A DNA stretch of 64,000 nt from Felis catus (taxonomy: Eukaryota). The notes under the pieces are model-generated. The model did not search any database and was not told the origin of the DNA. It saw only the letters and a program-made list of their open reading frames with translations. A program made the translations under genes and the position numbers. This document shows, piece after piece, positions 23,590 to 37,369 of this stretch (position 1 is the stretch's first letter; each line of letters begins with the position of its first letter). The stretch is taken from the NCBI RefSeq assembly GCF_018350175.1, contig NC_058368.1:194558001-194622000 (forward strand), written 5' to 3'.

Positions 23590-23895
23590 TTGGCTAACCC
23601 TGAGTGTCCTGCGTAGCTCCCCCTCCAAGGCCAGGACTATGGGTCCTTTTAGAGAATTGCCTCCGCTGAAGAGATGTGCCCTGCCTACACCAGTCACTGT
23701 TGGGAATAAAGGCTGCTTCAGGCCCATGCACAACAACTCTGGACAATCTTCTCAGCCACAAGCCCCCTGCAGGCTTCTGCCTTCCCTTGCCTGACCCACT
23801 TCCCTTCCTTCCTTTCATAGGTGTGGATCTGAGGGCACTTCATCTGGGACGTCCTGCCTGCTGACCACCTCAGAATCTGCCTCCCAAGGGGCATA
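23590..23895 (+). mobile_element. LTR16-like ERVL LTR
   Basis: gagaattgcctccgctgaagaga...aggtgtggatctgagggcacttc...ctcagaatctgcctcccaagg. Confidence 0.65.
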
Positions 23896-24227
23896 CTCTA
23901 TATGTTTCTTCTACTCAGCACAACAGCTCTGGGAAAAGTGTAAGATAAGGATCATTCTCTCTGTGTAACAGATGAAGAGCCTGAGGACCAGACCTGAAGA
24001 TGTGTGCAAGAGCGTTTGGTCATTAAAAATGAATCAGAATGAGACATCTTATATGCTCTACTCTATTTGGCAATCTGCTTTCTCTGCTTTGTTACTTGAG
24101 CAAAGTTCTCAAGCCTGCCTGTACATGAAAACCATCTAAGGGGATTTTATTTTAAATACCAATGTCTATAACCCAGTGCCGTGCCGGGGATTCTGATTCA
24201 GTGGGTCTGGGATGGGGCCCCTATAAT

Positions 24228-24750
24228 CTATTAGAATCCCTTTGGTGGCAAGTGACAGAACCAACTTAACTCAGCCGTGGCAATAATAAAGTGAGTCAGG
24301 GGAATAATTTTTAAGAATACTGGCATGTCTCATAGGGCAAGCATAAAACATAGTTGAGCCTCAGAAATAAAGGATCAGAAGTCTCAAGTGCCATCAGAGG
24401 TCGTATTCTCTTCCTTTGCTCTTTTTTCCTGTGTGGTGCTTTTGTTCTGCCCACTCTTTCCTTGGAGTATCACAGCATTCGCGGCTAAAACCAAGAATGG
24501 CCACCAGCAGCTCTCAAGCCTTATGTCCTACCAGTATAGACACCCTAGGTTCTTTCTCTAGAATCAAACTCCCCATGAGACATTCTGATTATCTCAACTT
24601 CAGGCAGGTGCCTGTCTGCCCATGAATCAATCAACTGTGTCTTAGAGGTGAGATCATACTAGAATATAGTTAATCTTTCTGCAATGATTTTGCCCGGGGT
24701 AAGGAATAATTCCTTGCAAAGTGGTGCTGAGCAGACAGTTCCAACATTGT
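24228..24750 (-). mobile_element. Old MLT1-type MaLR LTR (degraded)
   Basis: tttggtggcaagtgacagaaccaacttaact...tctgattatctcaacttcaggcaggtgcctgtc. Confidence 0.4.
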
Positions 24751-25096
24751 CCACCTCCTCAGGTCTCCTTCCTTCTGTTTCTAATCCTGACATGGACTGG
24801 ATTTGAAATTGTTCCTATCAATGGTCCAACTTGTATGTGTTCTTGACCTTGTGGAGGCAAAAGGGGAGAGAAAGCCAACTGGATTCAAGGACATAAAATC
24901 AGAGAAGCCTCTAATCTTAGAGACAGACAGGAAGAGGCTTGTAGAGATCCTTTCCCTCAAACCCTGCCATTTTTTAATTTCATTCAGGGAAGGTGAGGAG
25001 TAAAAGGATCAAGGCTTTTCAAGATCACCCCATTTTCACAGACCCTTAGTCTAGTGTTCTTTCCTTCACATTAAAAAATAAGAAGAAAATAAAGAA

Positions 25097-25290
25097 GGGG
25101 ACCCCTGGGTGGCTCAACTTTGGCTCAGGTTATGATCTTGCAGTTTGTGAGTTTGAGCCCCACACTGGGCTTGCTGCTGTCAGTGCAGAGCCCGCTCTGG
25201 ATCCTCTGTCCCCTTCTCTGTGCCCCACCCTCACTCCAGTGCACTGTCTCTCCAAAATGAATAAACATTTGAAAAAAATTTTTAATAAAG
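25097..25290 (+). mobile_element. Can-SINE with a short deletion in the tRNA-like head
   Basis: gggtggctcaactttggctcagg lacks the usual gtcggttaagcgtccg segment; A-tail present. Confidence 0.9.
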
Positions 25291-26174
25291 AAAGAAAAGT
25301 CTTGGAGCAATTACCAACTGAAAAGAGTTCAAAAACTAAGATAAAACACCTCTGAGCTAAAGTAAATCAATAGAAAAATGGAATGTGATTTGTTCAAATT
25401 TGATTTACATGCTATTTCTCTCAACATTTACTCATTCTATAAATCAAGGACAACTCTCAGCAATCACACCATGTCTAATACCTATACAGTTCCAAGGCAG
25501 CTCCCATGACAAGTAATCATGAGGCAAATACATTATTTTCATCCTTGAAAGGAAGCAAGAGGAGGTTTAAAATTTGTCAAGCAGACCCCTAATTACCAGG
25601 TCAATTTCTGGGGGCTTTAAGAAGGATTATCAGAGGAGGATTACGGAAGCAGTACAGACAGGTAGAAAGCACACTGACTAGGAAGGAGGCGACCTGGGTT
25701 TCCAGTCCAACTCCATCCCTATTTCTGAGCCTGTCATTTCCACCCTCCGGGCCCCATTCGCCCTATCTGTTAATGAGGAGTGTGAACTAGAAACGCCTTT
25801 CCCCAGCTTTAGCTATGCCATCTTGTCTTACACCTCCAGGCTAAACGATCTCTAGGGCTCCAGCTCCAACTCACTACCACTCTTATAAGTGGGCAGAAGT
25901 CAGGTGATGCAGAAGCCAGGGGTCTCACACATACCAGAATCTTCTGAAGACCCCAACTCTTGGTTGTGGGTTCTAGTTCTCCACTGTGTTCACCTTCCCA
26001 CCACTGCCCTTCCGAAGGTGCAGGGCAGAGCCAGCCCAGGTTTGCCTATTTATCTTTTCATGGGCACCTCCCTCCAAACCCTGCTGTCAGGTGGCTTCTG
26101 AGAAGGACTGACAAATAGCAGCTTCCTATTTTGTCCCAGCTCAGTAAATTCTGGATTTTAATAGAAGGCAATGC

Positions 26175-26176
<2 letters not shown>

Positions 26177-26226
<50 letters not shown>
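26177..26226 (+). repeat. (AC)25 microsatellite
   Basis: Perfect AC run. Confidence 0.98.
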
Positions 26227-26228
<2 letters not shown>

Positions 26229-27399
26229 TCTAATTCCAATGTTGGAACTTCAAGCAGCTCTAGTGAAAGGTATGGAAGAAACCATGGGCAGGACACTTCT
26301 CAGATTTTATCTATGTCTCTCATTCTATTGCCTACCATACCCACTTTTATTCTTCTTGCTCTCCCTCCCTCCTTTCCTACTAACTTCTTTCTCTTTGCAC
26401 TCCTTTCTTTCTTTGTATTTCTTTCTCTCCAATCTGTTTTTCTCCCCTGTCTAACTCTTTTTAATCTTTATATCCCTCCACCTTATTTTTTCTCTTCCAA
26501 CTTCCTTCAACATTGACTTGGCAAATATTTATTTGGTGCCTTCTCAGTAAGAGGCATTGCCGCTGGTCTTCCCCACTGCGTTTCCCTTACCTCTTTCCAC
26601 CACTTATTCATCTATCTCTGTGGGAGCACCCAGTCTACGCCACCATTCACCCTTGCAACACTTACTCAGCACCTACTTCTTTTCTACCCCCCTCTTCTGG
26701 CCCTGTCAACTGCTGGCTGATTAGGCACAAAATCTCTCAAAGAAGCTAAAGTAAGGACAAGAGTGTGGAGTCCAGAAAAACTTATGACAAATGTTCCAGA
26801 TTGGTCTGGAGCTCAAGAAAGTATCCAGGACTGTAACAAGGACCACAGAGCCAGACTCCCAATGCCAGCCTCCAGTGGCAGCACGGGAGTTGCCAGCTTC
26901 GATACTAGGAGCTGGTATCTGACTGACAGGAAATAGAGACATTAGCTCCTTTCCCTAGGCAGTGGCAGGGGGACAATGCAGATCCCAGACATCTCACCCC
27001 TGCCTCCAGATCTTGCAGGGGTGAAAGTAGACTGAGGACAGAATCCAGTAGTGGAGTCATTGACTAGGAGAGCCAGAAGGTTCAGCCAGTATTACTCCAT
27101 CCACTTACAGGAGAAAGAAATGAGGTGGGGAGAAAGAGCTTTATGTACCCCTGGTCACAGAGAAGTCACTGTCCAAGGTGAACCAGAACCCAGGTTATCT
27201 GACAACTGACGTCCACACCTCTCTCACTGAAGCTGTCCTACCTTCCCTTTTACCTAGCTACCTAAAAGCCCCTTTGGATGAATTAAATGGTGTTTTCACT
27301 GGCTGCAAAGAGAGAGTCTTATTGCAGCTCCATTCTCCTTACTGCCTGAGCCAGATGCCCTATAAAGTCAGTATAATAATCACAAGAAAAAAAAACCCA

Positions 27400-27560
27400 T
27401 GATGATTTATTGAATGTTTATCATGTTAAGTACTTTACTAGCACTTCCCATGAATGATCTCATTTAAACCTCACAGCAATCCTCTGGCGTAGGTATTAAT
27501 ATTATCCCAATTTACAGATGAAGAAATGAGGCTTGTAGAGTTGTCAAGGATGTACAGTTA
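27400..27560 (-). mobile_element. MIR SINE
   Basis: ctcatttaaacctcacagcaatcct...attatcccaatttacagatgaagaaatgaggct. Confidence 0.8.
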
Positions 27561-28159
27561 GCAATCGTCAAAACGCAAATAGCAGCTCACATTCTTTACA
27601 ACAGTGAGCAGACGGCACACCCCAAGCACAGGGGCTTTAGAGGTGCTGGACCTTGTGCATACACCAGAAAGAGAGGTGGGGATCTGCAGAAACAACAAGT
27701 GCAGGTCGGTGAGACGCCAGCATCCTTGCTCCAGGCCCTGCACCCCTGGGGCTAAAGGAAAGGGCAGTGTCAAGGCAGAGCCTCACAGCTGCAGGGCCGC
27801 TCCCATGGCAGGTGATGTGAGCAGGCACTTAAAGCTGGATGCATCAAGAGGACTGGATGTGCAGGAGGGCCCTGCCAAGGGCTGACAGTGGCTGAAGCTG
27901 GGGTCCTGAGAAGACAGCAGTCTAGTAAGTAGGACTGAGGCACGAGATCACAGGGAGGACATGTGGTCTTAGAGACTTTGTCATGTGTATGGGCCAACCC
28001 TGGCTTCTCTGACTAGAGGCCAGTGGGCTCCAGGGGCCTGACGAAGGCTTAGCCTGGTGATGAGGACGGAACAGGTGGCCCTAATTGTGAAGAGAGAAAG
28101 TTGAGGCGCTAAAGTTGTGCCAGAAAATCAAAGATCACATATCTAACCCAAGTGGAACT

Positions 28160-28675
28160 AGGTCTATTATCCTCTTACCTAAAGACCTTCAATGCCCCCG
28201 CCCCCTCCAACCCTGCCCCACTGACGGAGGATAAAATCAAGGTCATTAGCAAGGCATACAGTGTATTTTCATATCCAAGTTGTGTAATCTCTTTGACTTC
28301 CCGTTCCTAGTTTTCTATTCTCAAGCCATTTCTCCAGGCCATAGCCTGGCTTGTGCTATCTCCTCAACCCTTCACCTGGATTATACCTCTACAGCCTTCA
28401 AATTTAAGGCACCACCTCCTCCAGGAAGCCTTCCCTGATACCCCTCTCCCACAGGCTACCTTGGGTATTCCTCTTCCCCTTTCATTTCCTGGCATATTTA
28501 TATCATTGTACTAACCATATTATGTTTTAATTTACTATTTATGTGCCAATGCTGGTCTTTTCCACTACTATGTGTTTCTTGAAGCCAGGGGTTGATGTCT
28601 GGTATCTCTCAATGCCCAAGGTAGGCTCGGCACACAGCAGCTACTCAAGGAACGTCTGCTGAATGAATGAATGTG
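28160..28675 (+). mobile_element. L2 LINE 3' fragment
   Basis: cacctcctccaggaagccttccctga...ggcacacagcagctactcaaggaacgtctgctgaatgaatgaatg. Confidence 0.8.
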
Positions 28676-30479
28676 TAAATGGTTTTGTGGTTATGACCTA
28701 CATGATTCCCCCATGACTCAGTTTACCTAGCTAAAAAAAAAAAAAGAAAGACTCCCTATCCTGCCTCCCCGGCAGGATTGCTGACAGGATGAAATTAGGT
28801 GATATAAATGAAAAGATGTGGGAGCTCTATAGCCAGCAGGAATGTAAGGGATTCTTATTATCTCAGGCCTCCCTTGGGCCGCCTGAGTGGCTGTACTATC
28901 TTCTGCTTCCTTGTTGGTCTTCAGAGGAAGTTTTCCTCTCAAAGAAACCAATTCAAGTTTGCTCCAGATAAATGATGATAAAGATCATACTGATACTCCT
29001 CCTCCTCCTACTCCCCGTCCTATTTTCATGAAAACGGGCTGCCCCAGAGGAGAGGAGGAAGAGCAGAAACGTGACATGCATGTTCTCCCTGGTAATATCT
29101 CCGCGTGCTGCAGCAGGGCCACAGAAGTCCTGGTGCAGCAGGGAGGGGCTTGGGGGTGGGGGGCAGGGATAACGATTTGAGATATTCAGGTCAACAAGAA
29201 GCCGATGGGACGAATGCTGTTTTCCCAATGACATTTTAGATTTGTATTTTGACTGAAGAACACGTGGTTGAGTGGAAATGCAGCGTACTGGGCACCTGAC
29301 ACGTGGGCTTTGCCCCCAGTTCAGGTTCTAAGCAACTGTACGAGCCCAGCTAAGTCCCTTTTTTCTTTCTGCACCCCACACTTCTTCATTTGTGAAAGCA
29401 GACAGTTATGATATAATAAGCAGCTGCATCCCCGGATGGCCTCAGCTAGGTGCTTTGAAGAGGTTTCTTCCTTTGATCCCACCCCATCCCCCCCCCCCCA
29501 ACCATTTCAGCTGCACAGAGGACAGGACTGAAACTCTGAGTGGCTAAGTGACAGGCCTGCAGTCACAGAGCAGGCCAGTGGCATGCCTGAGCTGAAAGCC
29601 CTCACTCCTACTCCATTTCCCAGTCCAAACGTGTGTCCTCATGGAAACCCATAGAACGAATGTTGGCGGGGGGGGGGGGGGGTGGGGGTCGGGAATTAAA
29701 ATTCCACATGATTTGAAAATGTAGTTTACCCTCGATGGCATATTAGCCTTTAGGAGGTGATGCTTTTTAGAAAGCTGAAAGGAAGGGTGAGAAAGAAAAG
29801 AAACTAGATATTTTGTTTAATTTGAGCTCTTGCCCAAGACACTTATCCTTTATAGACATACAGCCAGGGATACTAAGCAAGCCTCAATTTTTTGCCCAAA
29901 TAGTTGATAGGTCCAAGAACAGGTGAAAGAAGCGTTCTTTTAAGGAGCCTAGACTCTCAAATGTGTCATTGTCAGTTTGACCTTAGACATGATGCTTAAT
30001 ATAGCGACAAGATACAGAGACTTAAAAACTGAACAGGCAAGGACTAGACCCCCAGCTCTGGGGCTTATAAGACTACTAGTATTTATCTTTCTTCATTTGA
30101 ATAAAAGGTGATGGAGCCTGAGGGTGACGATCTAACCATGATTTAGTGTGTATTCCATATGCCTGAAACCTGTGCACTGATGATTAACCAGCCGGGCATC
30201 AGATAATTTATAGCCGGATGACTATGGCCCAGGGTGCTGTAGAAAATGCTGGAGAGGCTTTCAGTCTGCACCCCCGGGGCCCAAGTCCCAATTTTGGTCT
30301 GCCTCAAGGGGAGTGAACAACTTACTAACCTTTCTCAAGCCACAGTTCTTTCTCATCGATGAAAATATATTCCTATGATGGAGTCAGCCCTGCCCACGTC
30401 ACAGGATTGACATGAAAGCCTACCTACAAATGACTTCAGTACTCCACATCCTCCCCTGATAGAGATCCAGGGAATGTCC

Positions 30480-30790
30480 AATCCCCCTTTAGACCTCAAT
30501 GTGGTCACCTCTGTGGGGAGGCCCTTCCGGAATCCCTACCCTGGATCAAGTCTCCACAATAACACATTCATGAAACCATGGGGTCAGCCTTCATAGGAAA
30601 TTTCACCATCCACAATAGGACATTTAGTGATTATTTGATTAATGTGGTTCTCCCTAAAGGACCAGAAGGTTCAGAAAGGTGAGAACTATGTCAGTTTTGC
30701 TCATTGGTATATTCCTAGTATCAGTGCAATGCATGGGAAGTTGTAGCTACTGAATAGATATTGGTTGATTGAGTGAGTAAACAAATGAAT
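30480..30790 (+). mobile_element. L2 LINE 3' fragment
   Basis: ggtcacctctgtggggaggcccttcc...tttgctcattggtatattccta...gatattggttgattgagtgagt. Confidence 0.6.
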
Positions 30791-33499
30791 ACAAGGAATG
30801 AAAAATGGAAGGGAGGTGGGAAGGGAAGAGGGCAAAATCCAGGTAGCCAATCACGGAGGTTCATTCAATTTTCTGACACCTTTCAGGTGTACCTTCTACA
30901 CTCCCAGTGCTATGGAAAATGTGGGAGACTGACAAGATGGTACAGGATATACATTTCAGGTAAATGAAATTTCAGAGAACCACACAGACCCTCTCTGACC
31001 CTAACTCAATCTAAATTGGAACCATTGTTATTCTCTCTCTCAGGGCTTCTCTTGTCCCTCCTAGCACTGGTCACAATTTATTTGGAAGGGTATTTTCTGG
31101 GTATCTATGGTCCACACTATGACCCCAGCTCCTGGTGGGTTCTAAATGAATTCAGTCACCGATCCAGTGGCAGGAGGGCTACAGGGCTACAGAGACAAAA
31201 TGGACAAGACACATTAATCCAGTGAGAAGCACAAGAAAGATAATGAATGTGAAACACCTTGGTAAATGCTGTATGGATATAAATGACTGTTGAGTTCCTT
31301 CTTCTCAACATAATATGCTGAAGCTTCTGATAGCTAGAAATTTCTGAGTTGATAAGCCTAAAAGTCAGGCACTTTAGGGACTAATTCTCTTCTAAAAGAC
31401 CATTCGTTCATCCAACAAATACTTACTGAGTACCTACTATGTGACATGTAATGTGTTAGTAAGGAGAGAGCAGTAAGCAGGATGGGTTGGATCCCAGCTG
31501 TTGTGGAGCTGGAACCTCCCAGAAATAGCAACTCTCTCTTCCTTCTTTCTCATTCTTGGTACCTTACTTGCCTGCAAACAAAAGGCCTGCTGTCATATAC
31601 CGCAGGATCGCTATTCCAGACTTATTAAAAAAAAAAAAAAAAGGCATTTAGGCAGAAGAAACTAGTCTGCCAGGCATCCAGAAGCTGCTCATGGATTTAC
31701 AACAGTTATACATCAGCCTGTCTTGCATTTAAATTTAACTCTGTCCCAGCTTCCCACCCCTATTCTCCCTACAGTCCTAGCCACATGCCCTCACCCACAC
31801 AACTTTCATTTCTCCCACACAGGCCCCCACCCCAGCTTCCCTATGGTCCGAAGGCATCTTAGTTTTCCATTTCCAAGAGAAAGAATCACCCCAACCACAA
31901 GACAAGAGAGTTCCAAAGGAGACCCAGGGACAGAGCAGGAGCCAAAGCCAACAGTCTGACCCAGGGTCATTTGGGGAGCAATTCAGACCACAGCTTGGAA
32001 GGGGAAGAAAGGACGCTTTGGCTTCTGGGGAGGCATGAAATAAATCGATCAAGATCCAAGGATACCTACAGTCCCTTCCAGTCAAACTGCTTGAGAAAGA
32101 TTTGCCCAGAGAAAGGGACTTTAAAGACAGCTCAAAAATGACCACACTCAAAGGGCCACCATTCCCCACACTGACAATGTTCATTATCGCAAAATGTCAT
32201 GATTCCTTGCAGAGGGAAAGCAGTTAAGCTTCTAGCCAGCATTCACCTGCCTCCTCCTGAGAGCGTGACAAGAGGAGGACACGCTGGGGAAGAGGGCTCC
32301 ACAGCGGCAGATGTGAACTGCTCTCTTGCAGCCAGAGACAGCAAAGTTGAGGTTGCAAAATCCTTCCAACCTCAAAGAAAGGTAGTGAGTGGGAAGCAGA
32401 GTAGAGAATTCATTCGAGGACATGAATCAGAGGAACCACATTCCAGTGCTTTCGCTGCCACTAACTTGTTATGTCAGATAGGTGGGAGATGGTTCTCTTG
32501 GAGCCTCAGTTCCCCTATCTCATGAGTGAGGGCCTGGGCACCACTGGGTGACTATCTGGCTCTGTCATGCTCTGAGGGCCTGCATTTCACTTCTTGAATC
32601 TGTTGCCCTTGTTACCCCAGAGAGAATGAGTCAAGCCAGCCCATAATGTGCACTGAGAGGCCTGGTGCAGTGTGATTTACCACGAGGCAGCCCGGATACC
32701 CAGTGGTACCTTTGGAACTAGCTTGCCATCTACAATCTTGAGCGTCATCATTATTGGCCTTCTGGGAGAAGTTTGTTTCTTCCCTGCCCTTCGATTTTCA
32801 GCACAAGGTGAAAGACTCCTGCTACTTTCTCTGGGCTATGCAAGATCTACATCTCAGAACACAGGAACAAATCCATTTCAAGGGTTGACTTCAGGCAGAG
32901 GAGAAATGACCAGCCCCAGACACTGTATCACCAGGGTAATAGCATTCATTCCACAAATCTGTTTTGAGATCCTACTGTGTGATCCTTCTAAGTGCCCCCT
33001 TTCCACACACCCCCATCCATTCATTCTCCGCCAGTCTCCCTCTGCCAGTAATGTGCTGCACCCTTATAAAAACAAAACAAAACAAAAACCTCTAAAATAT
33101 CTCTTATCATTCAGGTTCCCCTGCAGATAGCATACTCCCTGTGGAGTCTTTCCTGAACTGCCTACCAAACTAGCTGCTCCTGCCTGTCCCCTGGCCCAAT
33201 GCTTGCTGATCCCTGAACTTCACACCCATTTCAACCTGCTCTGTTTTGTAATTAGTGACTTGTAATTAGTGACATAAAATCTCTCTTTCATCTGATGATT
33301 GCAAGTTCACTGAGCTGAAGGAAGATAGCATCTCTGTAATTGATCCCAACCGACATCTTATACCCTCACGGCCCTCTGGGTATGTTTTCTCAATTGAAGG
33401 AAGACAAAGGAAGAAAATTTGAATGGCACACTTACTAATCCAATGGCGGCTGTCAGCTAACATTTGTGAGAGGATTTGGGCTACAGCACGCTGTCAACC

Positions 33500-34425
33500 C
33501 CCTCTCTAGTCCTGTGGCCTTCAATACCATCCTAGGCTGATGATTCTGTTTGTATTTTTACCCCTGGCTTGTAGGCTGAGCTACAGCATCCTCTAGCCTC
33601 CTAGAGGTCTAAGACCCATCTCATGTGGAATACGTCCACAACAGAACTCTGGATTTTTCATCTCCAAATGTGTTTATCCCCAAACTTCCCTGGCTCAGTA
33701 AATGGTACCACCAGGCACCCAGCTGGCAAAGCCCAATACCTGGGTGTTTCCTTGACTTCTTACTTTGCTTCACCACCCCCTGCAACCGCTGGCAGTGTAC
33801 CTCCAAAGTATTCCCTGAGCCTGTCTTCTTCTTTCCATCCCCACGGTTAAGATCCCAGGCCAAGCCACCGTTGTCTCCACCCTTGATGATTCCATCAGCC
33901 TAACTGACCTCCTGCTTCCACTCTTGACCAGTTCTTATCCATCTACCAGCCAAAGTAATCTTTGAAAAGTGTGCATCGTATAGTATCACTCCATTTCTTA
34001 AAGCCCTCCAATGTAACTCAAAGCAATTAGAAGAGACTCTAACCTCCTCTCCATGGCCTCCAGGTCTGCATACCAGGCTAACCTCATGCCCACAAAGCTC
34101 CCTGCAACCACTCTCCTCACTAACTCACCCGGCTGTCTCCTGTTTATTACGAAGACTTCCACTTAAATGCCCTGCCTTCTCTGACTGCTCAATCTAAACG
34201 TCTCTCTGACCCCCACACCGCATCTACCCTATTGCTCCGTTTTAATTTTGCCTAGCACGTACCACTCACTGAAATGATCATCTTCCTGTATTTACTTGGT
34301 TTGCTGTGTCTTCCATATAAGGTTGTAAATTTTTTGACATGACATAGCTTGTCCATCTATCTTGTTCATCTTTGTATCCTTAGGACCAAAAACAGTATCA
34401 GGCACATATTAGGTATTCAAAAATA
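33500..34425 (+). mobile_element. L2 LINE fragment
   Basis: ggctcagtaaatggtaccacca...cagcctaactgacctcctgcttccactcttgacc...ggcacatattaggtattcaaaaata. Confidence 0.8.
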
Positions 34426-35049
34426 CCCACAACCAGCCAGCCAGGTGAAGTGAGAAGAGTCAGACAGGCTCTGAGAACGATCACCCGGCAGAACAGTAGG
34501 GGCTCCTCAGTCCAGAATGACAACTGGTAACAAAGGTCAGGTTGGAAACGAAGACTGCTGGGGCAGTCTACCTCCTTCACTGGTCAGCCAGTCTCCAAGT
34601 TCTGGCCTAGACCTTCATGCTTTAACAAGGGAAAAACAGAGACCCAATTGATCCATAATCTTGATGAGAAACAGTAGAAACAAACCCCTTAAAGAGCTGC
34701 TATATAAATCATTTCAGATGTGACTAATGTAAGGGCAGGCAATTTACTTTAAATATTAGAGACTTTCAAAGCTTAGTTCAACTGTATTTAAAGTCCTTTC
34801 TGGAACTAGAACTTCCTACTCTAGGAAGAAAGTAGTTCCCTGGCACCAGAGGTATTCAAGTTCAGACTGGCTGGTCACATGGCAGGGATGTTGGAAAGAA
34901 GATTAAGATATCAGACCAAGGTTGGGCTGGATATGCTCAAAGGACAACTCACTGGTTGATTTCAACTTGCCAGTAACAACAGCAACAATAATGATGAAGA
35001 TGGTAATGATACTGCTTGGAAAGATGCTCTGCCCCCATAGCTCACAAGG

Positions 35050-35300
35050 ATGGCTAACATTTACTAAGCTGTATCCTTCCTGATTATAAGCTGCTTCAAG
35101 TACTTAATTGCTTTATGTCAGTTACCTCAGTTAACCATCAAAACAAGCCTGTAAAGGTGGTATTTCTTACCTTTATTTAGCAAATGAGGAAATCTAGGTA
35201 AAGAGAGCTTTAAAGACTCACCCAAAGTCATGTAGCTAGTCAGGAAGCATCAAGGCAGCTATTTCAGTACAGCTCTATAGGACATACTCTTAACTATAAC
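35050..35300 (-). mobile_element. MIR SINE
   Basis: caaatgaggaaatctagg...gactcacccaaagtcatgtagctagt. Confidence 0.7.
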
Positions 35301-35701
35301 CCCAAGTGACCAATTTTCTGGTGTAACTGCAGAATGTGGTATATTCTCCTTGGGGTGCTGGGATAAATGAAGAAAAAAAATAGTTCTAGCAGACATCTTA
35401 AATACAGATATGCTGACTAGTCATGCATAAATGCATGCAGAATGATATCCATACTGGGGTGAACCAGAGCACCCAGCCATGATTCAGAAAATATTTATTC
35501 TGGTGTGAGATCGGTCACTGCCTTGCTGTGTGACCCAAGTATGTTCCTTCCCCTTTGTGTACAACCTCAGTGTAAAATGAAAAAAGGAAATGAGATGATC
35601 CCTAATGTCAGTTCCATAGTGTTTATGTACTCATATGAATACATACGAATCCAATCCTATTTATTCATCTATAAATCTCTATATAGAAGTGAATAGCAGT
35701 T

Positions 35702-35909
35702 GGGGCACCTGGGTGGCTCAGTCGGTTAAGCGTCCGACTGGATTTCAGCTCATGTCATGATCTCTTGGTTGGTGAGATGGAACCCTACGTTGGGCTCTGC
35801 ACTGACAGTGTGAAGCCTACTTGGGATTCTCTCTCTTTACCCTTGCTCATGCTCTTCCTCTCTCTCTCTTTCAAAATAAATAAACTTAAAAAAAAAACTC
35901 TTAAAAAAA
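35702..35909 (+). mobile_element. Can-SINE
   Basis: Head ggggcacctgggtggctcagtcggttaagcgtccgact; degenerate TSD agaagtgaa..gca.tt. Confidence 0.93.
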
Positions 35910-37369
35910 AGAAGTGAAGCAATTAAAGTATCTCCTCATGTGGATTAAGCAAAATGCAAATTCAAAACCCTCACTCACTCCTCAAAACACCAGGGATCTC
36001 AATCGAGAGGTCAAATGAGGAAATGCAGGGTGTTTCCCGAGTAAACAGGCTGGAGACTCAAGAAAGTATCAATTTCTTCTTGGAAAGCCCCCAGGAATAA
36101 AAGCAAAAATATGACTCCTAAAATTGCATGTCCATTACTTAGCGCAGTATGTACTCAGTTTCCTACTCAAAACTAGAGGTCTTATACACTAAGGCAAGTA
36201 GGTGTTCAGAGTATCACTATCACATTCGGCAGATAAGTACATTCCATCCTCCTCCTCAGGCCTCATAAGCAACCATTCCTTCTCGAAGTTCGCCATAAGC
36301 TATCTTCTAAATCAGAATCACGTCCACGCTTACTTTCTTCTAGATGTCAATAAATTTTTATTGAAATAAAAAAAAACTATCTTTCAAAAAAAAGTCACTA
36401 TGCTGGTTTTCCAATGAATTGTATGGAAGCCCTAATTTCCCATGGGGGGTTCAAAACCATAAATCAGCTAGAGGATTGCTTCAATATGACTTTGATCTCC
36501 TTTAGGAAGCACAGCAAAAGCAGTGCCTAGTCTCTGCCACCTTCTAGCCATGTGACCTTGAGTGAGTTCCTTCATCCTTCCAAACTTAACTTGCCTCGTC
36601 AGGGGAATTTTAGTGGTAATGGTGGAAATCAGCCAGTTGAAAGTGAATCTGCTTAAATCCTAAAATGTCATGCTAAACAGAAGAAGAGAAACTATTGGGA
36701 CTTCCACTGAAAAACAAGGCCAAAATATTTAAAGTAAATTATTTCTAGCTTATATTTAGGATATTATTGTAACTCCATGATCATTCAAAAAAGCGACAAA
36801 GACCAAATCAAGTATGGTAGGGTTTGGGGCACACTTTTTCAAAAACGTTGCAAAGCAAGATACAACCTCCTTTTCTTTCTTTGATGTTCACAGCTGACCG
36901 TTAACAGGGTCATGTTTTCAAAAATGTTTAAGAATAACAACAATTGTCCCAAAGGCCTTTCCCATCCTTCTATTAAACACGTCTTTGAAAAAGCTAATCA
37001 CATTTGATCCTCAGTGATCCTCTCTTCTTCGGTTGCTAATTGTAAAAACTCAGATCCTATTTGCTTATTATAAAGCACTTTTCCAACATAACTTTCGACA
37101 GCTCCATAAGACATCTTTGCTACAAGTGGTAATTTTACTTTACCACTACTTTGAATTATTCTTGCTTGTACTATTTGGTGTTTATATCTGTTAATCATCA
37201 GCAACTTGCCAACATAAATATTGACATGATGGGTCAGGAAACAATTGCTAAGCAGAGAGGAATGCTTGAGTGGGGCTAATTTTGCAAGTAGTCAATTCAT
37301 CAGTGAATATTTTCGCATTGAGATGATGTTTCCTCCTCAGTACAATCTCAGCATTGTGTGGTCTTGGAT

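Noticed and set aside
26863..26885. CTCF-like motifs (gcctccagtggcagca; also near 6447, 38816 and 53998)
   Set aside because: Each misses core positions or spacing of the CTCF consensus and cannot be supported without a PWM scan or ChIP data.
27560..28130. GC-richer unique-looking block with overlapping ORFs (a similar block lies at 51700-52200)
   Set aside because: Probably a highly decayed LTR-type element, but I cannot assign a family or show coding features.
32672..33130. 152-aa ORF, and likewise 41705-42169 (154 aa) and 57531-57968 (145 aa)
   Set aside because: No recognisable domain or exon structure. Such lengths are expected by chance in 64 kb when alternative starts are allowed.
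36998..37204. 68-aa minus-strand ORF that looks globular
   Set aside because: It has a non-ATG annotated start, no flanking splice signals and no family I recognise. The region is better treated as non-coding, though tBLASTn or PhyloCSF could overturn this.
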